The position numbers were made by a program, and so were the translations under genes. Below the pieces are notes generated by a model that saw only the letters and a program-made list of their open reading frames with translations, had not been told where the DNA came from and searched no databases. This document shows positions 29,685 to 39,100 of a stretch of 64,000 nucleotides of DNA, piece after piece. Origin of the DNA: an uncultured Candidatus Saccharibacteria bacterium (GTDB taxonomy: Bacteria; Patescibacteriota; UBA1384; CAILIB01); contig CAZQKK010000001.1 in NCBI GenBank assembly GCA_964593885.1, forward strand, positions 105,929-169,928, given 5' to 3'. Position 1 is the stretch's first letter. Each line of letters starts with the position of its first letter.

Positions 29685-30265
29685 TAGTTCCTCCCCTGAA
29701 CGCTAGATTGCAGTTTGAAACTCTGAATGCCACCATCAGTGGTTGTGATTACCATCTGGATTACTTCGCTCCCGTAAAAGGCAAGTGAGCTGACGTACTC
29801 AGCGATATCTTGGGTACTAACCACAGCCGAAAGCGGGGTATTTCCCGATCCATCTAGCTCGTTCCAGCGCACCCTCACACTTGGTGCAGCCGCAAAGTAG
29901 TACTCTTTAACCTGGAGCTGGAGGGTAGTGCCGTTGAGGAAATACCTACGGTAGCTGAGGTCGTTGGCGTGACCATCCTCAAACTCAATTTGACCTGGTT
30001 GGGTAACGCTGGTATCTGCAGGATTCTGAGGCAGCACCGTCACCACCTGAGGCGTTTGGCGCAGCTCCCTACTCAACCTATCTACGGTAATCCGAGCGTT
30101 CTGTGAGATGTCAGCTTTACCCTGATCCAGCGACATGGACTTCTTAACCAGTGAGTAGATTGAAACCGTCGCAGCCACCAAGATACTTGAAACCATCACC
30201 GCTACCAGAAGCTCGGTGAGGCTGAAACCAGCTTTTCGTCGTGGATAACTAACTCTGTGAGGCAT
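29684..30265 (-). CDS. Type IV minor pilin/pseudopilin
   Basis: Prepilin motif KAG/FSLTELLVAVMV (Gly-1, Glu+5). Confidence 0.6.
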   Translation of the reverse strand: MPHRVSYPRRKAGFSLTELLVAVMVSSILVAATVSIYSLVKKSMSLDQGKADISQNARITVDRLSRELRQTPQVVTVLPQNPADTSVTQPGQIEFEDGHANDLSYRRYFLNGTTLQLQVKEYYFAAAPSVRVRWNELDGSGNTPLSAVVSTQDIAEYVSSLAFYGSEVIQMVITTTDGGIQSFKLQSSVQGRN

Positions 30266-30659
30266 AGGTACTCAAGCTGTAACTTCGTGATACAGTCCCT
30301 TCGGTCCAGTAAATGGTAACGAGAATCTTTTTAATCCCAAGGTCTGAACCACTGCTGGCAAAGGTTGCGGGATTCACGTACGACACCACCACCTCACGCT
30401 CATAGGCATTGAAGGGACTACTGGTATCCGAGCTCACCACCCCACGCGCGATGTAGGTACCAGTTGTGAGAGCGGCGTACGAATCATCTTTGAGGAGCTC
30501 AAGCTGCTCCTGCGCCAGAAAGGTAGCCTGGGTAGTACTTGCCGTCTGCTTCAGGAGCTTGCGGTTAGCCGGGAAAATTTGCAGCAAACTGACCATTCCA
30601 AAAATGAAGAGGGTGAGGGCGATGAGTAGCTCTAGGAATGTGAAGCCGTGACGTTTCAC
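30249..30659 (-). CDS. Type IV minor pilin/pseudopilin
   Basis: Prepilin motif RHG/FTFLELLIALTLF. Confidence 0.6.
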   Translation of the reverse strand: MKRHGFTFLELLIALTLFIFGMVSLLQIFPANRKLLKQTASTTQATFLAQEQLELLKDDSYAALTTGTYIARGVVSSDTSSPFNAYEREVVVSYVNPATFASSGSDLGIKKILVTIYWTEGTVSRSYSLSTYASQS

Positions 30660-31132
30660 TACTGCTCCCCAGTGTTTGTTCTGATGTTCCCCGAAGGTCT
30701 CACCTCAATGGTACGGGACTTACTCCGTATCGTATCGCGAAGGGTAAAGTTCCCACTCACCGAGGGTGCGCCAGCTGTACTGAACCTGATACTGTTGTTA
30801 CCTGAAAAGCTGACGGTTCCAACTTGAATATTTGAAGGTAGCGTTAATGTCTGCATTGTTACGTTATTCCCCGATCCATCAACCTGGAACATGACAACGT
30901 TGGTTGAGCCTGCGGTAACGGTGAAGCCATACACCACCTGCTCGGTAACCGTTCGCTGGGCGGCATAGCGGATGAGATCTGAGGTTTGATCAACCGCACT
31001 GTTGAGCTGCTGCTGAGAGAGCAAGAGCTGGTAGGTTGGCACCGTAAAGGTGGCAAGAATTGCCATCAGGGCAATGCTCACCATGAGCTCAACAACGGTG
31101 AAACCCCCCTTTGCAGTAGTAAACATACCCAT
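30659..31132 (-). CDS. Type IV minor pilin/pseudopilin
   Basis: Prepilin motif KGG/FTVVELMVSIALMAIL. Confidence 0.6.
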   Translation of the reverse strand: MGMFTTAKGGFTVVELMVSIALMAILATFTVPTYQLLLSQQQLNSAVDQTSDLIRYAAQRTVTEQVVYGFTVTAGSTNVVMFQVDGSGNNVTMQTLTLPSNIQVGTVSFSGNNSIRFSTAGAPSVSGNFTLRDTIRSKSRTIEVRPSGNIRTNTGEQ

Positions 31133-31644
31133 TAGTAGTTTTGCTCTTTAGGCGTGCAGTTCACGCAGTACCCAGGCACCGTTGGTGAAGCTTCGTGGGG
31201 AACGCAGGCACCGCTGATACAGTAGAAAATGGAACTGTTCCTGACAAAATTTGGGAAGAGTACTGGGTCGCTACAGGCACTGATGGGATCACTGTTGTCA
31301 CAGAGACGGTAGCTGATTTGGTACACCTTTGCCCCGTTGATGGTCCAGTTGTCCCAGTCAAATACCCCTGTTGGCCAGGCACTCTCAGGCCATGTCCCAC
31401 CCTGGAGGTAGTGCTCCAAACCCGGAGGTACTGAACGACTCGTGTCAGCGGGGTACTGGTAGTTGTTATCCTCAGCGTACTGACTGAGCGAAGTTGCAAT
31501 CTCGGTGAGCTCAGTGGTTACGCGTGAGAGTTTAGCCTTCTGCCGTGCTTTTGCAAGGTAGAGCACCGAGAGTGTCGCCAAAATGAGTATCACAACAATG
31601 ACAATGGTGATCTCAATAATCGTGTAGCCCCTACGCTTTTGCAT
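31132..31644 (-). CDS. Type IV major pilin (PilA-like), start re-assigned to ATG 31644
   Basis: MQKRRG/YTIIEITIVIVVIL prepilin leader with Glu+5. C-terminal Cys-rich D-region CISGACVP...CVNC. It is the first gene of the cluster. Confidence 0.6.
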   Translation of the reverse strand: MQKRRGYTIIEITIVIVVILILATLSVLYLAKARQKAKLSRVTTELTEIATSLSQYAEDNNYQYPADTSRSVPPGLEHYLQGGTWPESAWPTGVFDWDNWTINGAKVYQISYRLCDNSDPISACSDPVLFPNFVRNSSIFYCISGACVPHEASPTVPGYCVNCTPKEQNY

Positions 31645-31703
31645 AGCTACAGTATAGCACCACAACGCTGGAGCGAGGAGACAAATTCTGGCATACTTGC
31701 CGT

Positions 31704-32675
31704 ATGCCTGAAACTACCCAAACCCCCGAAGCCTACGATGTCCTGATCATTGGAGGAGCCTGTGCCGGTCTCGCCGCCGCAACCTACGCCGCGCGCAGAG
31801 CGATGAAAACCCTTGTGATCACCAAAGACATTGGTGGACAAATTGCTACCACCCCAAGTGTTGAGAATTACCCAGGTATTGATTTCATTACCGGCCCTGG
31901 ACTCTCGCAAGACATGCTGGTTCAGGCTCAAAAGTGGGGTGCTGAGGTAGTCTACGACGAAATTACCTCAATAGAGAAGCTTGGCGAGCGAAACTTCAAG
32001 GTTACCGGTTTCCAGAATAGCTTCACCGGAAAGTCACTCATTGTGGCGTACGGCAAAACTCCCCGTTCGCTCAACATTCCAGGTGAGCGAGAGTACGGTG
32101 GGCGCGGAGTCTCCTACTGTGTCACCTGCGATGCGCCACTCTACCGCAACCGCACCACCGTGGTAGTTGGAGGTGGAAGCTCCGCCATGGAGGGCGCCCT
32201 CATCTTGGCAAAGATCTGCACCAAGGTGTACCTCGTGCACCGCAGAGATGAGTTTAGGGGCGAAGCAGTACTCCTGGAACAGATTCAAGCTGAGCCAAAG
32301 ATTGAGCTCGTTCTCTCACACACGCCAGATGAGGTACTTGGGGATGGTGAGTACGTCACCGGGCTGCGGGTAAAGTCTACAAAAAGTGGTGAGACCAAAG
32401 ATCTCCCCGTTGAGGGGGTATTTGTTGAGATTGGGTTTGTGGTGAATAGCGGTCTCATCAAGCACCTAGTAGATCTGGATAAGATGAACCAGGTCATTAC
32501 CAATAAGCGGATGGAAACGTCTACACCTGGAGTATTTGCCGCGGGAGACCTCACCGATAGTCCCTACAAGCAGGCAGTTATCTCAGCAGGTGAAGGAGCA
32601 ACGGCTGCCCTCACCGCGTACTCGTACGTGAATGATGGGAAACCCGCAGGAGTCGACTGGAGTGGGAGTCACTAA
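31704..32675 (+). CDS. trxB: Thioredoxin reductase
   Basis: FAD motif VLIIGGACAGLAAA, redox-active CVTCD, NADPH motif VVVGGGSSAMEGA. Confidence 0.9.
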   Translation: MPETTQTPEAYDVLIIGGACAGLAAATYAARRAMKTLVITKDIGGQIATTPSVENYPGIDFITGPGLSQDMLVQAQKWGAEVVYDEITSIEKLGERNFKVTGFQNSFTGKSLIVAYGKTPRSLNIPGEREYGGRGVSYCVTCDAPLYRNRTTVVVGGGSSAMEGALILAKICTKVYLVHRRDEFRGEAVLLEQIQAEPKIELVLSHTPDEVLGDGEYVTGLRVKSTKSGETKDLPVEGVFVEIGFVVNSGLIKHLVDLDKMNQVITNKRMETSTPGVFAAGDLTDSPYKQAVISAGEGATAALTAYSYVNDGKPAGVDWSGSH

Positions 32676-32706
32676 GAGCTCCTCACTAGTCCTCGCAACC
32701 AAAAAT

Positions 32707-32852
32707 AGTTGCTGCGGAGTCGTTCGTCGCTCTTGTGACTCCCACAAGAAAGCCTCACAGTCACTACACTACTGTTTTCCTGGCAATCGTCGGAACAAAA
32801 GTGTTCCTGCGGAGTCGTTCGTCGCTCTTGTGACTCCCACAAGAAAGCCTCA
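32707..32852 (+). repeat. Two-unit tandem direct repeat of 51 bp (one mismatch) separated by a 44 bp unique spacer; each unit has two mutually exclusive hairpins
   Basis: Unit GTT[G/C]CTGCGGAGTCGTTCGTCGCTCTTGTGACTCCCACAAGAAAGCCTCAC at 32707-32757 and 32802-32852. Hairpin A GGAGTC...GACTCC, hairpin B CTTGTG-actcc-CACAAG. Confidence 0.6.
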
Positions 32853-32912
32853 CCCAAGCACCAGCTAAGTAGCGTATAACAATATCTACACCTCCACAGG
32901 TATCTCACGAAG

Positions 32913-32983
32913 CGTTTAATAAAAAACAACGCCTCCGCAGTAACACTTTTGTTACGAGGACAGCGTTGTTTTTTTATTAAACG
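32913..32983. terminator. Large bidirectional hairpin (20 bp AT-rich arms, 30 nt loop) at the 3' end of the L,D-transpeptidase gene
   Basis: CGTTTAATAAAAAACAACGC...GCGTTGTTTTTTTATTAAACG. The loop contains CTCCGCAG, complementary to CTGCGGAG in the upstream repeats. Confidence 0.5.
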
Positions 32984-32990
32984 GTGAGTT

Positions 32991-34430
32991 TTAGTGGATA
33001 ACCACTTTCGTTCCAATATCAGACCAAGCGTACACTTCTTCTGCGTCACCAATACCAAACCTTACACACCCATGTGATGCTCGTCTACCAAGGCTTCGTG
33101 CACCCTCTTTAATCCCGTTTGGTCGCTCTGGAAGTTCGTGGAGACCGTACTGCCCCGCTGGGAGTATGTCACCGTTGTCTGCAGTGCCAAGGAGGTTCTG
33201 CCAGTACGGCATGTAGAGTTTGTAGGTTCGGGAAAATGCCCGCGGGTGCTTGCTCCCAACGTAGAAGGTGCCAATTGGGGTGGGACGAGACCATGTTCCT
33301 GAGGAAATTTTGTACACTTTCTCTAGCGTGTTGCCATTAATCCGGTATGCTTTCTGTTCACTAATATTTACCTCAACGTACTTTCCTTCAAACCTCCCTA
33401 GGGTGTAGCTTCCTGCGGTAACAACTTCCTTTGGCTTTAGGGTGAGGGCAACTGTCTTGCTTGCCGGTGCCTTTACGGCTTCCCTACTCGCACTCTCTTC
33501 TGAATCACTTAGAGCTGCAACAACAAGCTTGAGACTCTTCGAAACATCAATTAGTTTACCTGCTTTTGAGGTGAGGTAGGTTGAAACAGCAGACTCGTTG
33601 GTATCTAGTGAGAGTTCGCCGGCATCACCCTGAACGATGGTGTACCAGCTGAGAATTTCTTTGCGGGTTGGAACGAGAGCTACACCTTCAGCACCTAGGT
33701 TGAGTTTGAGGTTACCGAGGTTATCAAGCTGGGTAGCAAGTGGCTGAATCTTTGCCCTCGTAACATCTGATGATTGCTGGCTGGTTTCTGCTCGCAGGTA
33801 GGTTGCCACATCGCCATCAAGTGCTGTTGGGATAACTGCAGCAAGTTTTACCGCCATTGCATCAGTGTCTACCACCTGTCCAGGTTTTTCATCTGAAACA
33901 ACAACCTTATCACCATCAATTTTGAGGGTAGCTGCTACCGGTTGCACCAGCTTTGGGAGCACCTTGGTTGAGATAAACTCATCTGCTTTTGCCGGATCAA
34001 CACTGTAGACTAGTGGTACGTTTTTCCCGTTGAAGAAGGTTGGGATGGCAGAGGTTGCCCAATCAAGGAGGTTAGTCTGGTGCCCGGTTACCCACCCAGT
34101 TAGCTGAGCGTTCTCCTCCTCCATTTCAAGTCCAAGCTCTGCTGCAGTTCCACTCACCTCAATGTCTGGGTACTGACCAGTGGTGACATCTCTATCCTTA
34201 CTAATATCTGGGATGGTAACCACCACTGTGTGAGAGGCGTAGCTTGCAACACGCTCAGCAACCTTCTGCTTTCCCTGAGCCTCGGTGAGGCCCCCAACCT
34301 GGACGCCTGCTACGCGCACCCCTGGGTAGAACCTATCACGGTAGTAGGCAGCAGCAACACCAAGACTTGCCGCTGAGAGAGAGACGAATACGAGCAACGT
34401 GATGAGGGTGAGTTTGAGGAAGCGAGGCAT
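32991..34430 (-). CDS. L,D-transpeptidase (YkuD domain) with N-terminal membrane anchor and VanW/YoaR-like region
   Basis: C-terminal catalytic motif SHGCVRF and YkuD-like GTFYVGSKHP...YKLYMPYWQNLLG. Confidence 0.75.
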   Translation of the reverse strand: MPRFLKLTLITLLVFVSLSAASLGVAAAYYRDRFYPGVRVAGVQVGGLTEAQGKQKVAERVASYASHTVVVTIPDISKDRDVTTGQYPDIEVSGTAAELGLEMEEENAQLTGWVTGHQTNLLDWATSAIPTFFNGKNVPLVYSVDPAKADEFISTKVLPKLVQPVAATLKIDGDKVVVSDEKPGQVVDTDAMAVKLAAVIPTALDGDVATYLRAETSQQSSDVTRAKIQPLATQLDNLGNLKLNLGAEGVALVPTRKEILSWYTIVQGDAGELSLDTNESAVSTYLTSKAGKLIDVSKSLKLVVAALSDSEESASREAVKAPASKTVALTLKPKEVVTAGSYTLGRFEGKYVEVNISEQKAYRINGNTLEKVYKISSGTWSRPTPIGTFYVGSKHPRAFSRTYKLYMPYWQNLLGTADNGDILPAGQYGLHELPERPNGIKEGARSLGRRASHGCVRFGIGDAEEVYAWSDIGTKVVIH

Positions 34431-34438
34431 CTGAGAAG

Positions 34439-34984
34439 TTAGACCAAGTTAGCTTCATCTATAGCAGCAAACACGTGTCTCACCAACTGTTTGGGATCTT
34501 CGTGCATGATTACCCTCCCCATTCCTCGGTGTGCCATCTTGAGGATAACCGGGATTTCATCAATGGTGCCCCCGCTGTGGAGGAGGATGCCAATGATCAT
34601 GTGGCGCTCGAAAGCGTGGGTGAACTCGTGCAGGGTTCCCACCCTCCCACTAATCTCAATCACCGCATCGGCCATATCAATGAGGGTGATGTCCCTCCCG
34701 GCGTAGTCTTGGCCGGTAAAGAACATGGTGTCATGGTACTGCACTGGAAGGCGGTACTTCTTGGTGTGCTCTAGGAGGCTGTTAGCAGGCGAAAAGCCTA
34801 TCACCTCCCCCCTCACAGATTTTGCCCCTCGTGCCGAGGCAAGTGGAATACCCGTGGTTGCGCCGGTAAGGACAATACCTCCGTGGATGGCAATCTGTTT
34901 GCCAACCTCGTGGGCGAGAGCTTCGCCTTGCTCACCAGCCTCACCTCCTGCAGCACCTGAGATGGCAATCTTTGGGTCAAACAT
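34439..34984 (-). CDS. SLOG/LOG-like Rossmann-fold protein (TIGR00725/YgdH-like)
   Basis: 181 aa with GGIVLTGATTGIPLASARGA...GFSP...GRVGTLHEF, resembling LOG-family/TIGR00725 glycine-rich loops. High GC, unlike the upstream two genes. Confidence 0.55.
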   Translation of the reverse strand: MFDPKIAISGAAGGEAGEQGEALAHEVGKQIAIHGGIVLTGATTGIPLASARGAKSVRGEVIGFSPANSLLEHTKKYRLPVQYHDTMFFTGQDYAGRDITLIDMADAVIEISGRVGTLHEFTHAFERHMIIGILLHSGGTIDEIPVILKMAHRGMGRVIMHEDPKQLVRHVFAAIDEANLV

Positions 34985-36146
34985 TAGATGCTCGTTTAAA
35001 TGAAGTTACTACGTAGTGGATTGCCTGAATCAAGCCAGGAATGTAACGCTTAAACCTTTCATCCTCGGCTTCATCAGCTATCTCTGCTGCGTATGAGCTC
35101 AACTTATCTAGGGTGATCTGATCGATGGTATCCAACAGGTAGTGAATTGAAACCGGATTGAGGATGAGGTCAATTCTTGGGTACGACCTTAAGAACCTGT
35201 AGAGGACTTCGGTAAAGTTGTTGATATCAGTCTGCTTGAGTGCAAGGTTGTAGAGCGCCTGTGAAACCTGGTTACTTGAGATATTCTCAAGTGAAAAGCA
35301 GCTCTCAACGTCTGCATACAGCTTTTCATTGGCAGCAGCTGGCATCTCCCCAGAATTCACAAGACGAAGCGCTTCAAGTCTATCAACAAGCCGCTTACCG
35401 TACGTTATCCTCAGCTGTTCAAGGAGTAAGACTTCTGTAGGAAGTTCACCATTATTTGCAGTGATAACACCAAGTGTTGATACCACCCTGAACAGGAACA
35501 TCTGAAGCTCAAACATTCTCTCAGGCATTAGAAAATCCTGAATAGTTTCATCAGGGACAAAACTGAGGTCCTTGAGGAAAGCTTGTATTTCGGATTGCTC
35601 AACTTGGCTAATTCCCTGATCCAACTGCATCCTTTCACCTACAAGCTCCAAATGTCTCTGCGCATCTTTCTGCATTGAACGAACCTGTTCGATTTGCATG
35701 TTTTGCGACTCAATCGAAGAAAGGAGCACCTTCTCTTGGAGAAATTCTGTAGCACCAACTAACACCGTTAAGCTATGCCAGAAGTTAACCTGTCTATTTG
35801 CCCATTCAGAAATATCAGGTGGGAATGCTGGAAGATCTTCCGGGATCAGTTTTTCTTCGATGAGTTTTTTTCGTACTGAACCAGCACTGTAGAGTGCGAA
35901 GAGTGAAAGGTGGTAGAGAAAGGTACCAGCATCAATGTGAAAAAGTGCTCCAAGGTTATTTATTTTGAGGTACGACTCAATTTCAGCTGAGAAAACTGGG
36001 AGGAAGTCATTTACAACCCGAAACACAATCGCTCGCTCGTTTGGCTCTAGCGCTTTCACATACTCAATAGTATCTTCATCACTCGGTGAAGTTCTCAACC
36101 AACTCAGTATTTCTTGGCTCAGCTGTGCGAGTTCTTGATCATTCAT
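34977..36146 (-). CDS. Hypothetical cytoplasmic helical protein (389 aa), AT-rich codon usage, translationally coupled on both sides
   Basis: No TM segments; acidic, leucine-rich. Start overlaps the upstream 1286 aa gene's stop by 4 nt, and its stop overlaps the SLOG gene's start. Confidence 0.5.
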   Translation of the reverse strand: MNDQELAQLSQEILSWLRTSPSDEDTIEYVKALEPNERAIVFRVVNDFLPVFSAEIESYLKINNLGALFHIDAGTFLYHLSLFALYSAGSVRKKLIEEKLIPEDLPAFPPDISEWANRQVNFWHSLTVLVGATEFLQEKVLLSSIESQNMQIEQVRSMQKDAQRHLELVGERMQLDQGISQVEQSEIQAFLKDLSFVPDETIQDFLMPERMFELQMFLFRVVSTLGVITANNGELPTEVLLLEQLRITYGKRLVDRLEALRLVNSGEMPAAANEKLYADVESCFSLENISSNQVSQALYNLALKQTDINNFTEVLYRFLRSYPRIDLILNPVSIHYLLDTIDQITLDKLSSYAAEIADEAEDERFKRYIPGLIQAIHYVVTSFKRASNV

Positions 36147-39100
36147 GGGTTACCTCCGCCATTTTGAGCGTCTGATTGCTCGGTAACCTTAAACGCATTT
36201 GTTGGGTAATCACCAATATTATTATCAATTTTCGTACCCATACTATTGTCTCCACGATAATTTTCAGTGACAACCGTATTCCAAGCATCACGCGACGTAA
36301 ACTTTGCATCAATAATTTTTTGCAACCCCGCATCAGGACCTATAACTTTCATAAGTTGCACAGCAGCACTCTTTGTTGATTTATAGTTTGATCCTCCATC
36401 TTTAATCATTTTATGAAGGCTAAGTATCCTAGCAACGCGCTTCTGATGTTCTTTTAGTGTCTTAACGTCAGTGCTTGATGGATCTAAGACACCCTTACCA
36501 TCAATAATATCTCGGTAGACAGCGCCATTCTCAACCATTTTATCGCTAAAGGCCTCATTCACGATATCATCACGCCCAATGTATGCCTTCACGTACTGAT
36601 CTGTGCGCTTAAGGGCATTCTTGTGCTCCTCTGCCATCAAACGAATTTTGGATTCTTTCTCAGGATCGTTACCAGCCATCGCAGATATCGCTGCTTCTCC
36701 TTCAGAAGCTGCCTTAGCTGCTTTTATGTACGTATCATCAACAAGAATACGCCTGTCATAGTGTTCTTTCTGATCTTTTTCATCGTCATTTGCAATTTCT
36801 TGTCGTGCACTTGCTTGGTTGACTGTCACTTGCCTGCGTTCCGATGCCATTAGGGCTGCACCAGTCTTCATCTGCCCATCTGATGTCTTAATACCTGAGT
36901 AATTCGCAGCACGTGCTCTCGCTAACTCAGCTTTAGCAATTTGGGTTGCACTCTGCGTGTCTTTCACAAGTGCGTACTCCTTGTTGTACTTCTTCCCTTG
37001 CTTACTTTTGAAGTCTTTAGCTAGCTCTTCTTCTGCAAACGCGGTAACACCTTCTTGGACTGATTTATCAAGATCATGCTCTAGGTGGCGCATGATGTTC
37101 TTTTTCTGGCGGGCCGCATTAACCCTATTTGCCCTCTTGTTATTGATCTTCTTCATTTCCTTATCCAACTCATCTTCAATCTCCTCGATTTTTTTCTCGT
37201 ACTGAAGCTGTGTAAGCTTGTTATCTGCAAAGTCTTTCTGAGCCTTAGCCCGTGCCTCATTTGCGTGTTCTTCAGCATGTTCAGTTGCCTCAGCCTGCTT
37301 CTTTGCAGATCTAAGATTAATGCCGCTTTCAGAGGCCTTCAACTTTCCTTGGCGTTCTTCAACGTAATTTTTACCCCAGCGCTTCAGATCACCGTAGCGC
37401 GAGAGATTTTGAGCAGTCATGTACCTGTCTTTCAAATCTGCTTTCACTGCCTTGCCGGCGGCTCCTCCTGTGGCACCCCATGCCTGTTTCCCCATACCCT
37501 GCCACTTGTCCATGACCATTTTCGCTTCTCCTGAGAGTGAACCTACTGACGACTTAATTGCTGTGACCATACAGACCATCCCAAAGAGGTAGCCAAGGAT
37601 ACTTCCAAAGGCACTTTGTGCAGTTGAAGATGTTGCAGTGAAAAATTGGAAGGCAAGCCACAACCAGAAGCTTGCAATGAGAGGCATCAACAGCCAGTTG
37701 AAGAAGTTTTTTGACCACTGCTTCCAGATAAAACCAATTGGTTTTACAGCTGCTGAGAAGAACGCAAGTGCGGATAGAGGTGTTAGGAAGTAGAAGACAA
37801 TAGACCTAATCACAAAGAGAAACGCAAGAATAAATACGATTACTGCTGCTGCAATAATAAATAAGTTTAGCGTTGCCTGCTTCATTACCAGACCAGATTT
37901 CACCAAACCGGTTGCCTGATCATAGAAGAATGTAACCTTATCCGCTCCACCAATATTACTAAGGCTCTGGGCAAGTTGGTTGATATCATACCCTCCAAGT
38001 GCAAAGAATTCTGTTACATAGCTTGTCGCCTCCATCACACCTCTGATCACGAAAATACTTGCATTGGCAAGTATCAATCCAATCACTAGTTGAGGGAACA
38101 TCTTGCTAATCTGGTATGTTGATACCTGAATCTGCAAGATGTTTGAAAGTGCAATAAAAATAAAGAAGAGAAGGAGAATAAAGTTTACTAGCGTTAAAAT
38201 GAGCGAGTGAGTCTTGCTAATTATTTTTCCTACATCATTTGTTGTTGATCCGATGATACTTTCTGGCGGTGTTCGTATTTCAACAGGAACAAGAAAATCA
38301 AACATACTATCACTTGATTCATCCGTTGAGGGTACTCTTCCACTAAACCCAGCTGTTTGAGCAAGCATATTGAGCGATGACCTAAGGAGGTATTCTGAAA
38401 ATTCTTGAACAGCAATACTCACTACACACAGAATCTGCATAAACCCATTAGCCGTTAAAAAACCTGGCGACTGCTCATTTCCACATCTGTCAGCAGATTG
38501 CAACCTCCCGGAAAGAGCATTCATTTTTTTTGCAACTTCGCCATTTAAAAACTGTGCAACATTCTTACCGACACCGATAACTTGATTAACTGTATTAACT
38601 TCGGCGGTTGCAAACATCTGATCCTTACTGATCTCTGGGTCAAGTACTTCACTTGCAGCAGTTCTAATAACACCATTACCCCCACTTGAGAGCAGACTTT
38701 CCCGTATTGGGTTTGCTTGACCTTTTGTTGTCGCAAGGAGCATCGCCGATTCAGCCATCATCCAATACGCCTGTGATAGTGGTTTCAAATTGGTTGAGTA
38801 CGTATTGTAAACGTTCGCTCCACTCAACTGAATTTCATTTTTTGCAAATGAAACGAGAGCACTTGTTCCGGCACCAAGAACAGCAAAAGTGCCAAATGCT
38901 TGAAGAGCAATTGGTGCAGCAATAGATAGCGCCAACCAAATTCCACTTAAGCTAGCCCCTCCTGTAAAGACTGCAAGCAGTACTGACCCAATAATGATTA
39001 TTCCCGCTGCCACCGCACCTGCAATCAATCCCGCTTGAGCTGCATCACGGGCTGCATCTACCATCATTTCATAACTAATCATTCTACTCCCAAGGTACAC

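Noticed and set aside
32707-32852. Possible CRISPR array downstream of trxB
   Set aside because: Only two repeat units and one spacer, the unit length of 51 bp is atypical, and no cas-like ORFs exist anywhere in the window. Reported as a tandem structured repeat instead.
32632-33058. ORFs 32632-32868 (+) and 32672-33058 (-) spanning the tandem repeats and terminator
   Set aside because: They read through the two repeat copies in different frames and through a large hairpin. No coding periodicity or start context, so most likely non-coding.
36176-38925. Several 60-150 aa plus-strand ORFs inside the AT-rich 1286 aa gene (e.g. 37085-37534)
   Set aside because: AT-rich DNA lacks stop-codon depletion on the antisense strand only by chance here. 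All are embedded antisense to a single uninterrupted 3.86 kb ORF with coherent protein features.
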